Below, piece after piece: positions 9,653-18,887 of a DNA stretch of 64,000 nucleotides. The DNA is from an uncultured Thiohalophilus sp. Lineage in GTDB: Bacteria; Pseudomonadota; Gammaproteobacteria; UBA6429; Thiohalophilaceae. The notes beneath the pieces were generated by a model, which did no database searches, had not been told where the DNA came from, and was given only the letters and a program-made list of their open reading frames with translations. The stretch spans positions 4,142 through 68,141 of the forward strand of contig CAZIJT010000001.1 in assembly GCA_964539595.1 (NCBI GenBank). The letters run 5' to 3'. Every line of letters begins with the position of its first letter. The first letter of the stretch is position 1. The position numbers were made by a program, and so were the translations under genes.

Positions 9653-10618
9653 ATGAATCTGTTTAAAGAATCCTTCATGCAGCTCATTGGCCGTGTACCA
9701 ACCCGCCCCTCGAAAGAAGACATCACACCTAAGGCAATCAAAGTCCACTTCAGAAAAAAAGGTGAGAAATTTGACGCGGATGAAGCGCGGCGATTACATG
9801 CCGAGCATGACAGTAAAAAATGGTTGCGCCGACGCTGGGCAACGCTTATCTCTATCAATCTGTTATTCGTGGTTTCTTATTATCTCGACATACAGTTGCT
9901 CGAAGGTGCGCTAACTGCCTCACGTTTTTTAGGCTTTCATATGGCCGATCTCAACTCGGCTCTACAGGTGATGCTGGCATATAAGCAGGTGTTGATTAAT
10001 TTACTGATAGGCACGGTCACCATCTTTTTAATGTGGTGGCTACTGGGTGGACGCACCTTCTGCTCCTGGATCTGCCCTTATCATCTACTCGCGGAATGGG
10101 CAGAAATGCTGCACCTGAAACTCACCGCAAAAGGACTGGTCAAGGATCATGATTTTCATCGCGGCTCTCGTAGCGTGCTCTATCTGATTTTCGTACTGCT
10201 AGCTCTGGTCACCGGCTATACCGTATTTGAAACTATTTCGCCGACCGGTATTCTCAGCCGCGCCTTAATTTATGGTCCCGGTCTGATTCTGATCTGGGTT
10301 GCCTTCCTGTTACTATTTGAAATTTTCTATTCGCGCCGTTTCTGGTGCCGCTATGCCTGCCCTATCGGACTGACGTATGGACTGGTTGGGCAAATTTCTC
10401 CACTGCGGATAAAGTATGTACTCGAGGACTGTCAGCACGAAGGTGACTGCCGCAAAGTCTGTTTGGTACCACACGTACTCGATACCGTGATCAAAGGCCG
10501 CGCGCAGGATATCGAAGTTCCCATCGGCGCTGACTGTACTCGCTGCGGCCTCTGCGTCGATGCCTGCCCAACCTCATCACTGCGATTTGATTTCAAAGGT
10601 TTGAATAAAATACTATGA
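9653..10618 (+). CDS. nosH: NosH, NapH-like integral membrane iron-sulfur protein (putative quinol dehydrogenase partner of NosG)
   Basis: Four TM segments with the CSWICP and CRYACP motifs. The C-terminal Cys clusters are CQHEGDCRKVC and CTRCGLCVDACP. Confidence 0.8.
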   Translation: MNLFKESFMQLIGRVPTRPSKEDITPKAIKVHFRKKGEKFDADEARRLHAEHDSKKWLRRRWATLISINLLFVVSYYLDIQLLEGALTASRFLGFHMADLNSALQVMLAYKQVLINLLIGTVTIFLMWWLLGGRTFCSWICPYHLLAEWAEMLHLKLTAKGLVKDHDFHRGSRSVLYLIFVLLALVTGYTVFETISPTGILSRALIYGPGLILIWVAFLLLFEIFYSRRFWCRYACPIGLTYGLVGQISPLRIKYVLEDCQHEGDCRKVCLVPHVLDTVIKGRAQDIEVPIGADCTRCGLCVDACPTSSLRFDFKGLNKIL

Positions 10619-10621
10619 GCA

Positions 10622-10648
10622 GATACGGCTGAAGCCGTACCTACAGGC
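10622..10648. repeat. REP-like hairpin (ACGGCTGAAGCCGT + CCTACAGG)
   Basis: Palindrome between nosH and nosF. It belongs to the same family as the element at 7457. Confidence 0.6.
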
Positions 10649-10747
10649 CATGCCAACTTTTCAGTATGCACAGGTATTGGAAACGCTTATTTAGCCGAGC
10701 ATTAAAACATTTTTCACTTTGTTTCAAATTGAGCAATATAATAACAA

Positions 10748-11605
10748 ATGATACTTTTCGATAAAGTCAGCAAGACATTTCGCCGTAATACGGTTCTCGA
10801 TCAGGTCGATCTAAGTATTGCTAGAGGTGATCGGGTGGCGCTGGTCGGCTCCAACGGTGCGGGCAAGACTACCCTCATTCGTTGTCTACTGGGTGAATAT
10901 ACCTGTGAAGGCCAGGTGCTGGTCGACGGCAAAAATCCCCGCGAGCATCGACGCGAGGTGCTGGCACGCTTTGGTTTTGTGCCGCAGTTGCCACCGCCAT
11001 TAAAAATGCCGGTCGGACAACTGCTGCGCTTTTCCGCCGCCCTTTGTAATGCCGATGTTAACGAAATGCAATCGGTGGCTGAACGGCTGGGACTCGACCC
11101 TGTCAAAATCCGTCATCAGCCCTTTGTTAAACTCTCCGGCGGACAAAAACAGAAATTACTGATCAGTATTGCCCTCGGGCGTAACAGCGATGTGCTGATC
11201 ATGGATGAACCGGCTGCCAATCTTGATCCCGAAGCCCGTCATGTGTTCTTCTCCCTACTCGCTGAAAAACAGGAACACGCGGCCATGCTCATTTCCAGCC
11301 ACCGGCTGGATGAAGTCGCGGCACTGGTTAACCGAGTCGTCGAAATGGATATGGGGCGCATCGTGCTCGATGATCACGTTGCTGATGATGTTGATATCAA
11401 TAGCCAACTGCTCTGTCGTATCACCCTGACCCGTCCTGAAGCCGCCTTTGCCAAAGCCATGAGCGAATGGGGCTTTAATGATTGTGATCATGGCAGCACC
11501 TGGGAAGGTACTGTGGCCGGGCCTGATCGTCTTCGCTATCTGGGGATGATCTCTCGCTATGCCGGTATTTTAAAAAATATGCAGATTGAGGAAAAACAGG
11601 AATGA
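10748..11605 (+). CDS. nosF: NosF, ABC transporter ATPase
   Basis: Walker A GSNGAGKTT, ABC signature LSGGQKQ, Walker B VLIMDEP. It lies in the nos cluster. Confidence 0.85.
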   Translation: MILFDKVSKTFRRNTVLDQVDLSIARGDRVALVGSNGAGKTTLIRCLLGEYTCEGQVLVDGKNPREHRREVLARFGFVPQLPPPLKMPVGQLLRFSAALCNADVNEMQSVAERLGLDPVKIRHQPFVKLSGGQKQKLLISIALGRNSDVLIMDEPAANLDPEARHVFFSLLAEKQEHAAMLISSHRLDEVAALVNRVVEMDMGRIVLDDHVADDVDINSQLLCRITLTRPEAAFAKAMSEWGFNDCDHGSTWEGTVAGPDRLRYLGMISRYAGILKNMQIEEKQE

Positions 11606-12060
11606 GATTTTTTCTCAGCAGCATACTCACCCTGCTCCTGCTCAATGGCTGTAGTGAGCCACAAACCGGCGCGATTGAGCCGCACTGGGATCGCGATACC
11701 TGCGAACGTTGCCGCATGGTGCTCAGTGATCGCTTTCACTCTGCACAGGTTCGTTTTACTGACGAGAAAAATAAATCCCGGGTACGGATGTTCGATGATG
11801 TTGGTTGCGCCATCATCTGGTTAGAAAATCAAGACTGGCGTGATAACAAAAGCACAGAAATTTGGGTAACGGATCATCGTGATGGTAACTGGCTCGATGC
11901 ACGTAACGCCTTCTATGTCCGTGGTCATAACACCTCGATGGAATATGGACTAGGTGCGCAAACCGAAGCATCTACTGAGAGTATGAATTTTCCTGCCGCC
12001 AGAAAATTCATTTTTGAAAAAGAAAAAAACAGCAATGCCCACGGTAGCCATCATCACTAA
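11602..12060 (+). CDS. nosL: NosL, copper chaperone lipoprotein
   Basis: Lipobox LLLNGC and a C-x2-C-x-M block (CERCRMV) as in the NosL family. It ends in a His-rich tail, HGSHHH. It lies between nosF and nosY and overlaps nosF by 4 bp. Confidence 0.75.
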   Translation: MRFFLSSILTLLLLNGCSEPQTGAIEPHWDRDTCERCRMVLSDRFHSAQVRFTDEKNKSRVRMFDDVGCAIIWLENQDWRDNKSTEIWVTDHRDGNWLDARNAFYVRGHNTSMEYGLGAQTEASTESMNFPAARKFIFEKEKNSNAHGSHHH

Positions 12061-12887
12061 TGAAATATTTATTACTCACCGCCTACACCGATATTCTTGA
12101 ATCCCTGCGCAGCCGCTGGTTTCTGGTTTACAGCACCGTGTTCGGCGGTATCGTCGTGCTGCTATTTCTATTCGGCTTAACCGAATCACGGATCATGGGC
12201 TTCACCGGCATCACCCGCATGATGATCACCTATATCCAGCTATCGATGGCCATCCTGCCTATTTTTATTTTAATTACCACGGTGCGCTCGGTGGCAGGTG
12301 ATCGGGAAGCCGGGGTATTTGAATATCTGCTCTCACTGCCTATATCCTTAAGCGCCTGGTTCTGGGGCAAAATGGCAGGCCGCTTTGTGGTTGTCTTTCT
12401 GCCGGTTTTCATGGCACTGGTTGGCGCGGTTGTCTGGGGCGCGATTAAAGGCTCCGATGTCCCCTGGATTATTTTTCTTTATTACTCGGCTTTACTGTTT
12501 TCACTAAGCTGGTGTTTTCTCGGCATCGGCATGTTGATTTCCACCCTGGCACGTTCCGCTGATGTGGCGCAGGGTGCGGCCTTCATCGTCTGGCTCACGC
12601 TGATCCTGTTTCTGGATTTAATTTTACTCGGGGTGATGATTCGAGAATCACTACCCCCCGATGCCGCCGTGGCGTTGGCACTGACCAATCCTTTACAAGT
12701 TTTTCGTACCGCCGCCATGCTCCTGTTCGACTCACAACTGGTGCTGCTCGGCCCCACCGCCTATGTGATTCTCGATAACTTTGGTCGCGTTGGTTATATG
12801 GTCTTCGCACTGGCGTATCCTATATTCCTCGGCAGTCTTTGTGCCTTTATCGGCTATTTAATGTTTCGGCGCAGTGACCTTCCCTGA
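12060..12887 (+). CDS. nosY: NosY, ABC-2 type permease
   Basis: 275 aa with about six TM helices. Its start overlaps the nosL stop (TAATG). Confidence 0.8.
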   Translation: MKYLLLTAYTDILESLRSRWFLVYSTVFGGIVVLLFLFGLTESRIMGFTGITRMMITYIQLSMAILPIFILITTVRSVAGDREAGVFEYLLSLPISLSAWFWGKMAGRFVVVFLPVFMALVGAVVWGAIKGSDVPWIIFLYYSALLFSLSWCFLGIGMLISTLARSADVAQGAAFIVWLTLILFLDLILLGVMIRESLPPDAAVALALTNPLQVFRTAAMLLFDSQLVLLGPTAYVILDNFGRVGYMVFALAYPIFLGSLCAFIGYLMFRRSDLP

Positions 12888-12889
12888 CC

Positions 12890-13615
12890 ATGAACAACAG
12901 ACTCAACAACAGTTTTGGCTTTCAACACGTCGATGCCGCTGAACGCGAAAAACGCATTCGCCACGTTTTTGAGGTCGTCGCAAAGCGCTATGATCTGATG
13001 AATGATTTTATGAGTTTTGGTATTCATCGCCTGTGGAAAAAAACGTTAGTAAAGGAAGCCAATGCACAGGCCGGAGAAACTATTCTCGATCTGGCCGGTG
13101 GCACCGGTGATATCGCCCGCAAAATGGCCGCCGAGGATCGCAAGGTCATGATCATCGATCCCAGTCAGTCAATGATGCAGGTTGGTCAACAACGCGGCCT
13201 GACACAGGTTCAATGTCTGGCCGGTAGCGGAGAAGCCATTCCACTACAAGATAACTCTGTCGATACCCTGACTATTTCCTTTGGTATTCGCAACATGACC
13301 CACATGCAGCAGGCACTAAATGAAATCCAGCGGGTACTGAAGCCCGGGGGGCGCTGCCTGTGTCTTGAATTTTCCCGTCCCGCCGCCTGGCTACGTCCCT
13401 TTTATAACCTGTTTTCATTTCTGGTTATTCCTCGGCTTGGCGCACTGGTTGCCCGCGAACCCGCCGCCTACACCTATCTGGTCGAGTCCATTCGCCGCTT
13501 CCCCGATCAGGAAGAAATGAAGCAATTAATGGAAAAAGCGGGGCTTTGCAAAGTCTCTTATCGCAACTTCTCCTTTGGCATCGCCTGCCTGCATAGCGCA
13601 CAAAAATCCAGCTAA
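12890..13615 (+). CDS. ubiE: demethylmenaquinone / ubiquinone C-methyltransferase
   Basis: N-terminal FGFQHV..EK...V..VF..VA..YDLMND block, then the SAM motif LDLAGGTGD. Its start is 2 nt after the nosY stop. Confidence 0.9.
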   Translation: MNNRLNNSFGFQHVDAAEREKRIRHVFEVVAKRYDLMNDFMSFGIHRLWKKTLVKEANAQAGETILDLAGGTGDIARKMAAEDRKVMIIDPSQSMMQVGQQRGLTQVQCLAGSGEAIPLQDNSVDTLTISFGIRNMTHMQQALNEIQRVLKPGGRCLCLEFSRPAAWLRPFYNLFSFLVIPRLGALVAREPAAYTYLVESIRRFPDQEEMKQLMEKAGLCKVSYRNFSFGIACLHSAQKSS

Positions 13616-13696
13616 AGTCACGTAACATTTGAGCCGATAGCACTCTTATATAAGCGTTATATCTGAAAATTCTCCGCTCTGCGGAATACTTCATGG

Positions 13697-14620
13697 GTGA
13701 ACACGTTGGATAGTGCTGTCCACACTGATAATGAATATCGTAGTATCTCGACCGTCCTCGACAGTCTTGACGCGCTGGTCTATGTCGCCGACATGCAGAC
13801 TCATGAATTAATTTTTTTCAATCAATACGGAAAATCCATCTGGGGAGATGCACAGGGGCGTACCTGCTGGAAAGTATTACAGACCGAGCAAAATGGCCCC
13901 TGTTCATTTTGTACCAATGATCGGCTTATCGATGAGTCTGGAAAGCCCACCGGCATTTATGTCTGGGAGTTTCAAAACACGGCCAATGGGCGCTGGTATC
14001 AATGTCGTGATCAGGCTATTTACTGGGTTGATGGTCGTCTGGTACGCATGGAAATTGCCACCGACATCACTGATCGCAAGCTAATGGAAGATGAACTAAA
14101 ACAGGCCAAGGAAAAAGCAGAGCAACTTGCACGAACAGACGAACTCACCAATTTAAGTAATCGCCGAGCATTTTTTGAGCTAGGTGAAAAAGCATTCCAG
14201 CATGCGCGGCGTTTCAACAGCCCTCTAGGTTTGCTCATGTTTGACATCGATCACTTCAAAAAAATAAATGATCTTCACGGTCATGCGGTCGGCGACAAAG
14301 TTTTACAGGCACTCGGGAAATTACTCAAACAAAGCAACCGTGAAATTGATATTGTTGGCCGAATTGGTGGTGAAGAATTTGCACTGGTTCTACCTGAAAC
14401 GGATATCTCCGGCGCAAATGAACTAGCAGAGCGACTGCACCAGAATATTTCCAAACTGCAAATTGAAACCACCAATAGCAACATCAAGTGTACTATCAGC
14501 ATTGGCATATCGGAACTCCAACCACAACACGAATCACTGGACGAGCTGCTACTACATGCGGACAATGCCCTTTATGCGGCCAAACGAAAAGGCCGTAACT
14601 GCACAGTCAGTGCAGACTAA
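13697..14620 (+). CDS. PAS-GGDEF diguanylate cyclase
   Basis: GTG start. The N-terminal PAS-like domain carries a Cys triad (C-x14-C-x2-C). It has the GGEEF active site, preceded by the I-site REID. Confidence 0.85.
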   Translation: MNTLDSAVHTDNEYRSISTVLDSLDALVYVADMQTHELIFFNQYGKSIWGDAQGRTCWKVLQTEQNGPCSFCTNDRLIDESGKPTGIYVWEFQNTANGRWYQCRDQAIYWVDGRLVRMEIATDITDRKLMEDELKQAKEKAEQLARTDELTNLSNRRAFFELGEKAFQHARRFNSPLGLLMFDIDHFKKINDLHGHAVGDKVLQALGKLLKQSNREIDIVGRIGGEEFALVLPETDISGANELAERLHQNISKLQIETTNSNIKCTISIGISELQPQHESLDELLLHADNALYAAKRKGRNCTVSAD

Positions 14621-14645
14621 AAATAAATAGTTAGATGGATAGATA

Positions 14646-16100
14646 ATGCCTGAACCAGAATCACACCCTCTAAAACATTGGCTGGATAGAATTGCCAGCT
14701 CACATCCTCAAGCGCCAGCCATTTATATTGAAGATGAGGAAATAAACTATAGTCTTCTCAAAGATCAGGTCGATGCGCTGGTAAATGCGCTGACCCAGGC
14801 TGGAATTAAAAGTGGTGATCATCTTGCACTGATCACTGACTCCACGCGAATTATTGCACTGGTCGCCTACGCCGCCCCGCATATGGGCATTACCTTTCTG
14901 CCACTAAGCCCGAAGCTTCCCGATAAATGGCAACAACCGCTATTGCAACATGCGGGGATTAAATATGTACTCTGTGACAACCACATCAATAATGACTGGG
15001 ATTCGGATGTTAACGTCATCACTATTGGTCAATTGTTACTACAGCAATTCACATTAAGCACGGCTTCAGTTGAAACAAGCACGTCAATTTATACGCCGTT
15101 GATGTTAGCCACAAGTGGTTCCAGCGATATTCCAAAAATTGTTTTATTAACACCGGAAAATATTACCGCGTCTGTTCGCAATGCTAATCAATATCTTCAG
15201 CTTCAACATAATGATTTGTGGCTAAACTGCCTGCCCCTGTTTCATATTGCTGGGCTAATGATTCTCTACCGGAGTATTGCGCGTGGTGCCTCTGTGATTC
15301 TGCACGACAGCTTTGTCGCTGAAAAGATCTGGCATGATTTGCAGGCTCATCCCGTGACCCATCTGTCACTGGTACCCATTATGCTACTACGACTGCTTGA
15401 GGTTGCGGCTGAGCAACCACCCCCGCCCCAGCTTCGTTTCGTCATTATTGGGGGTGCCGCCCTGGATCCCGCACTTGCGCAACGTGCCCTGAAAAATGGC
15501 TGGCCACTTTATATGACCTATGGCCTGACCGAGACCAGTTCCCAGATCGCAGGTACTCAACTGGAGAGCGCAACGTTCAGTCATCCATTTGCACTCGAAC
15601 TCTATCAGGGTATTGAGGCACAAATACGCCATGCTCAGTCTTCAAATGATGGCAGTGGACAAATTGCCCTGCGCGGTGCGGCCATCATGTCAGGCTATGC
15701 GAATGTCCAGAACCCCTCCACACCTACACCAGATAAAGAGGGCTGGTTGCTAACTCAGGATATTGGCCAGCTGGATGATGAAGGTCGATTAATTATTCTA
15801 GGGCGTGCCGATGATGTCATTATCAGCGGTGGCGAAAACATTCATCCGGCACAGGTTGAATTTATTTTACAGGACTGTCCCGGCATCGACGAAATTGCCG
15901 TTGTCGGTAAAGATGATTCTGAATGGGGGCAATGCCTTATCGCCATATACACCGGCCATACCGACACAGAAAAAATAGAGCAATGGAGCCGAGAAAAATT
16001 AAAAGGTAACTGGCGACCCCGTCAGTTTATCAACAGCGAAGCGCTGCCTCATCTTGCAAACGGCAAACTTGATCGTCAGTCATTGGCAGCTGTAATTTGA
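14646..16100 (+). CDS. menE: O-succinylbenzoate-CoA ligase
   Basis: Member of the adenylate-forming (AMP-binding) family (MLATSGSSDIPK, YGLTET, GRADD). It lies in the men gene context. Confidence 0.75.
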   Translation: MPEPESHPLKHWLDRIASSHPQAPAIYIEDEEINYSLLKDQVDALVNALTQAGIKSGDHLALITDSTRIIALVAYAAPHMGITFLPLSPKLPDKWQQPLLQHAGIKYVLCDNHINNDWDSDVNVITIGQLLLQQFTLSTASVETSTSIYTPLMLATSGSSDIPKIVLLTPENITASVRNANQYLQLQHNDLWLNCLPLFHIAGLMILYRSIARGASVILHDSFVAEKIWHDLQAHPVTHLSLVPIMLLRLLEVAAEQPPPPQLRFVIIGGAALDPALAQRALKNGWPLYMTYGLTETSSQIAGTQLESATFSHPFALELYQGIEAQIRHAQSSNDGSGQIALRGAAIMSGYANVQNPSTPTPDKEGWLLTQDIGQLDDEGRLIILGRADDVIISGGENIHPAQVEFILQDCPGIDEIAVVGKDDSEWGQCLIAIYTGHTDTEKIEQWSREKLKGNWRPRQFINSEALPHLANGKLDRQSLAAVI

Positions 16101-16498
16101 TATAGCATCAAGCCACGCCGTAAGTTTGCCGGAATCGCGGCTTTTTGTTTTGTCTGTGCCGCACGAACCACATGTACCGTTTTAATCGTAGCCGAGCAAT
16201 GACCTTCACTATTCATACAACGATATAAGAGACAAAAGCTGCTCTCGCCTATCGACTCAACAACCATTTCAAGCGTAACTACCTCAGCATGATGCAGCGC
16301 TCGATGATAGTCAGCTTCGGCATGCACCAGCGGCAACAGAATTTCAGCTTCACCCAGCAACTTTTCCAGCGGCTGATCTATCTCGCGCATGAAGGCTTCA
16401 TAGCTTTCATGCGCATAGCGAAACAAATGCGCAAAGAACACCACGCCAGCAGCATCAATATCCTGAAAGGGAATCGTTAACGTATTTCGATAAATCAT
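16076..16498 (-). CDS. hotdog-fold (4HBT/YbgC-like) thioesterase, candidate DHNA-CoA thioesterase
   Basis: 140 aa. The N-terminal F-x-D-x-D-x-x-G-x-V-F block is typical of 4HBT thioesterases. It is the last gene of the minus-strand men operon. Confidence 0.6.
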   Translation of the reverse strand: MIYRNTLTIPFQDIDAAGVVFFAHLFRYAHESYEAFMREIDQPLEKLLGEAEILLPLVHAEADYHRALHHAEVVTLEMVVESIGESSFCLLYRCMNSEGHCSATIKTVHVVRAAQTKQKAAIPANLRRGLMLYQITAAND

Positions 16499-16523
16499 GG
16501 TGTCTGATATACGCGCGATGGTG

Positions 16524-16823
16524 TCAGGCAGACTGGTTTTCCATACTGCTAAACTTTATCTTGAAACCAAGAAACTCAAAGTTTTTACGATCCTTGAGAC
16601 TGTCGTAATCATCCGCCACCACACAGGCATCAATAAACCATTCACCTTCATGATTCAAAATACCAACCTCAGAAATATTGTAGACGCATTCTTTACTGAA
16701 CAGATTGGCGACCGTTGACACAATTTCCTTGCCCTCACCCTGACTGATATTCCAGCTTTTGTGGATACGTATGCGTTCCTCATCAGATGAATTCATCCAC
16801 TCATCAACACTAATCGATGACAT
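16524..16823 (-). CDS. hypothetical protein
   Basis: 99-aa ORF in an AT-rich stretch between menC and the thioesterase gene. No motif recognised. Confidence 0.4.
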   Translation of the reverse strand: MSSISVDEWMNSSDEERIRIHKSWNISQGEGKEIVSTVANLFSKECVYNISEVGILNHEGEWFIDACVVADDYDSLKDRKNFEFLGFKIKFSSMENQSA

Positions 16824-16929
16824 AACTTCCCCCTTTGGACATAAAACTAGATACGGTATTCATCACTCAACAAATTTTATAAACCGACTTTTTATTATCA
16901 TAAAATTTACGTGGTTATTGTGCCCGGCT

Positions 16930-18015
16930 TCAGACAATTTTTATCTGATCTAGATCAATACCAAAACCCGGCCTGTCTGGCAAATAGATGCGCCCATGAA
17001 CAACGGCGGGCGGCGGCAGTAGATCCCGTTGTAGCCAGCTAGACGTCGCCAAACCATGAGCCAGCCCCTGATCAATATTCTCTACCGCAGCAGCAAGATG
17101 CAACGTCGCCCAGACACCGACCGCACTGTCGACGCTGGTCGTCACCACACACTCCATACCTGCCGCCCGCGCCTGTGCCGCCTTGTTTGCAGCAGCAGCA
17201 AGACCGCCTTCACGCATGGGTTTTAACACCACGCGCCTGATCGGGGGGCAGGATAGCAACTGCGGCCAGTCAACATCGACCAGGGACTCATCCAGCGCCA
17301 GCGGCACTGCCGTTTGCGCCTGCAACTCAGCCAGTTTATCCAGATCGGGATGCTGCAACGGTTCTTCAATTGATTCAATCGACTCAATCGATTCAACCGG
17401 CAGCATCTGGCAGCCCTGAATGAACTGCTCGGCATCCGCCTGACACCAGGCTCGATTGGCATCCAGCCGGAAACGGACAGCCGGATAACGCTGCACCAGT
17501 CTGCGCAACTGCTGTAGCTCTTCGGCCACCGTGGCCAGCCCCACTTTTACTTTAATAATACCTCGGCCAGGCTCCTGCGCCGCTGCCAGCAGGTTTACCA
17601 GAGTGCCCGCATTCTGATTCACCGCCACCGACTCGGCGGCATCTGGATTCAGCCAGCCTGCGACGGATCTATTCTCTTCTTGGGCAAGCAGATCAAGTAC
17701 CGCCATTTCGAGACCACAGCGTGCCGCAGGTGTCGCCACCAGCGCATCCAGCTCTGCCAACACCGATCCCGGCTCACGCTGCGTGAGCCGGTTTATCACC
17801 CCAGCCAGTTGCACCTCGGCCTCTGAGCAGGATTCTGTTCCTGCCGCTACTAGCGGCGCGCAGTCACCCAGACCCACATGCCCATGATTATCATGCAACT
17901 GAATCAACCAGCCCCGACGTTGATCAAACACACCCTGCACAGTCTGCCAGGGCTGGCGCAAGGGCAGGCAATAAGCTCGCCACTCGGCTCGAATAATTTT
18001 TGCCCGCTGACTCAC
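16930..18015 (-). CDS. menC: o-succinylbenzoate synthase (enolase superfamily)
   Basis: 361 aa. It has enolase-superfamily metal-ligand blocks (RLDAN, IEEP, LDES). Its start overlaps menA by 4 bp. Confidence 0.75.
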   Translation of the reverse strand: MSQRAKIIRAEWRAYCLPLRQPWQTVQGVFDQRRGWLIQLHDNHGHVGLGDCAPLVAAGTESCSEAEVQLAGVINRLTQREPGSVLAELDALVATPAARCGLEMAVLDLLAQEENRSVAGWLNPDAAESVAVNQNAGTLVNLLAAAQEPGRGIIKVKVGLATVAEELQQLRRLVQRYPAVRFRLDANRAWCQADAEQFIQGCQMLPVESIESIESIEEPLQHPDLDKLAELQAQTAVPLALDESLVDVDWPQLLSCPPIRRVVLKPMREGGLAAAANKAAQARAAGMECVVTTSVDSAVGVWATLHLAAAVENIDQGLAHGLATSSWLQRDLLPPPAVVHGRIYLPDRPGFGIDLDQIKIV

Positions 18016-18887
18016 AACAGCCAGCTTGCACAGAGCAAAAGCGCAAACAACAACTGGTATAGTGCGGTAAACGCCAGAATCCGGTTAAGTCCCGCATCAA
18101 TAGCAGCGAGCCAGAATCGGCGGATAATAAACACCGCTAGCGGCAAGGCCAGCCAGGGAAGAAACAGCCGAGACTCCGAAACCAGTTGGGGAACCAGCAG
18201 CAACGGGATCAATAGAAGGAGCGCATAGAGCTGACGACTGACACCTCGCCCCAGATAGCTCACCAGTGTCCGACGTCCGGCACGAACATCTGTTTGCAGA
18301 TCACGATAATTATTCACCAGCAGGGCGGCGGCGGCGGGCAGGCCGATAGCAAAACCGGCGAGTACGGCGGTGGCACTCCAGCTACCCGTCTGTAAATACG
18401 CGCTACCGGCCACGGCCAGCACTCCGAAGAACAGCAGCACAAATAATTCGCCCAGCGGACCATACGCCAGGGGGTGTGCACCGCCGGTATAAGCGTAGCC
18501 TGCGGCCAATGACAGCAGGCCGATAAGCAAAATTGGCCAGCCGCCCAGCCCGACCAGATACACTCCACACAACAGCGCCAGTGCAAAACTCAGCCACGCC
18601 GCCCGGCGCACTCGCATCGGTAAAATCAGACCTTCCGCCACCATCCGCGCCGGCCCCAACCTCTCAGTCGTATCCGCACCACGTTCAAAATCGGCCACGT
18701 CATTGTATAAATTCGTGCCGATCTGGATCAGCAGAGCAGCCAAGAGGGTCAGTAACAGGGGTATAAAACTAAAGAGCTGCTGCTCATACCAGGCCAGTGC
18801 CGTACCTGCCAGCACCGGGGCTACGGCCATACTCAGGGTTTTCGGGCGAATGGCGAGCAGCCAGCGTTTGATCATCGAACCAAGCAA
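18012..18887 (-). CDS. menA: 1,4-dihydroxy-2-naphthoate polyprenyltransferase
   Basis: A polytopic UbiA-family protein with NLYNDVADFERGAD and a second Asp-rich block, NNYRDLQTD. Confidence 0.85.
   Translation of the reverse strand: MLGSMIKRWLLAIRPKTLSMAVAPVLAGTALAWYEQQLFSFIPLLLTLLAALLIQIGTNLYNDVADFERGADTTERLGPARMVAEGLILPMRVRRAAWLSFALALLCGVYLVGLGGWPILLIGLLSLAAGYAYTGGAHPLAYGPLGELFVLLFFGVLAVAGSAYLQTGSWSATAVLAGFAIGLPAAAALLVNNYRDLQTDVRAGRRTLVSYLGRGVSRQLYALLLLIPLLLVPQLVSESRLFLPWLALPLAVFIIRRFWLAAIDAGLNRILAFTALYQLLFALLLCASWLL

Noticed and set aside
16076-16100. The 25-bp overlap of the convergent menE and thioesterase 3' ends, considered as a regulatory antisense arrangement.
   Set aside because: Short 3'-end overlaps of convergent genes are common, and I saw no associated structure. 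It is not distinctive enough to report as a finding.
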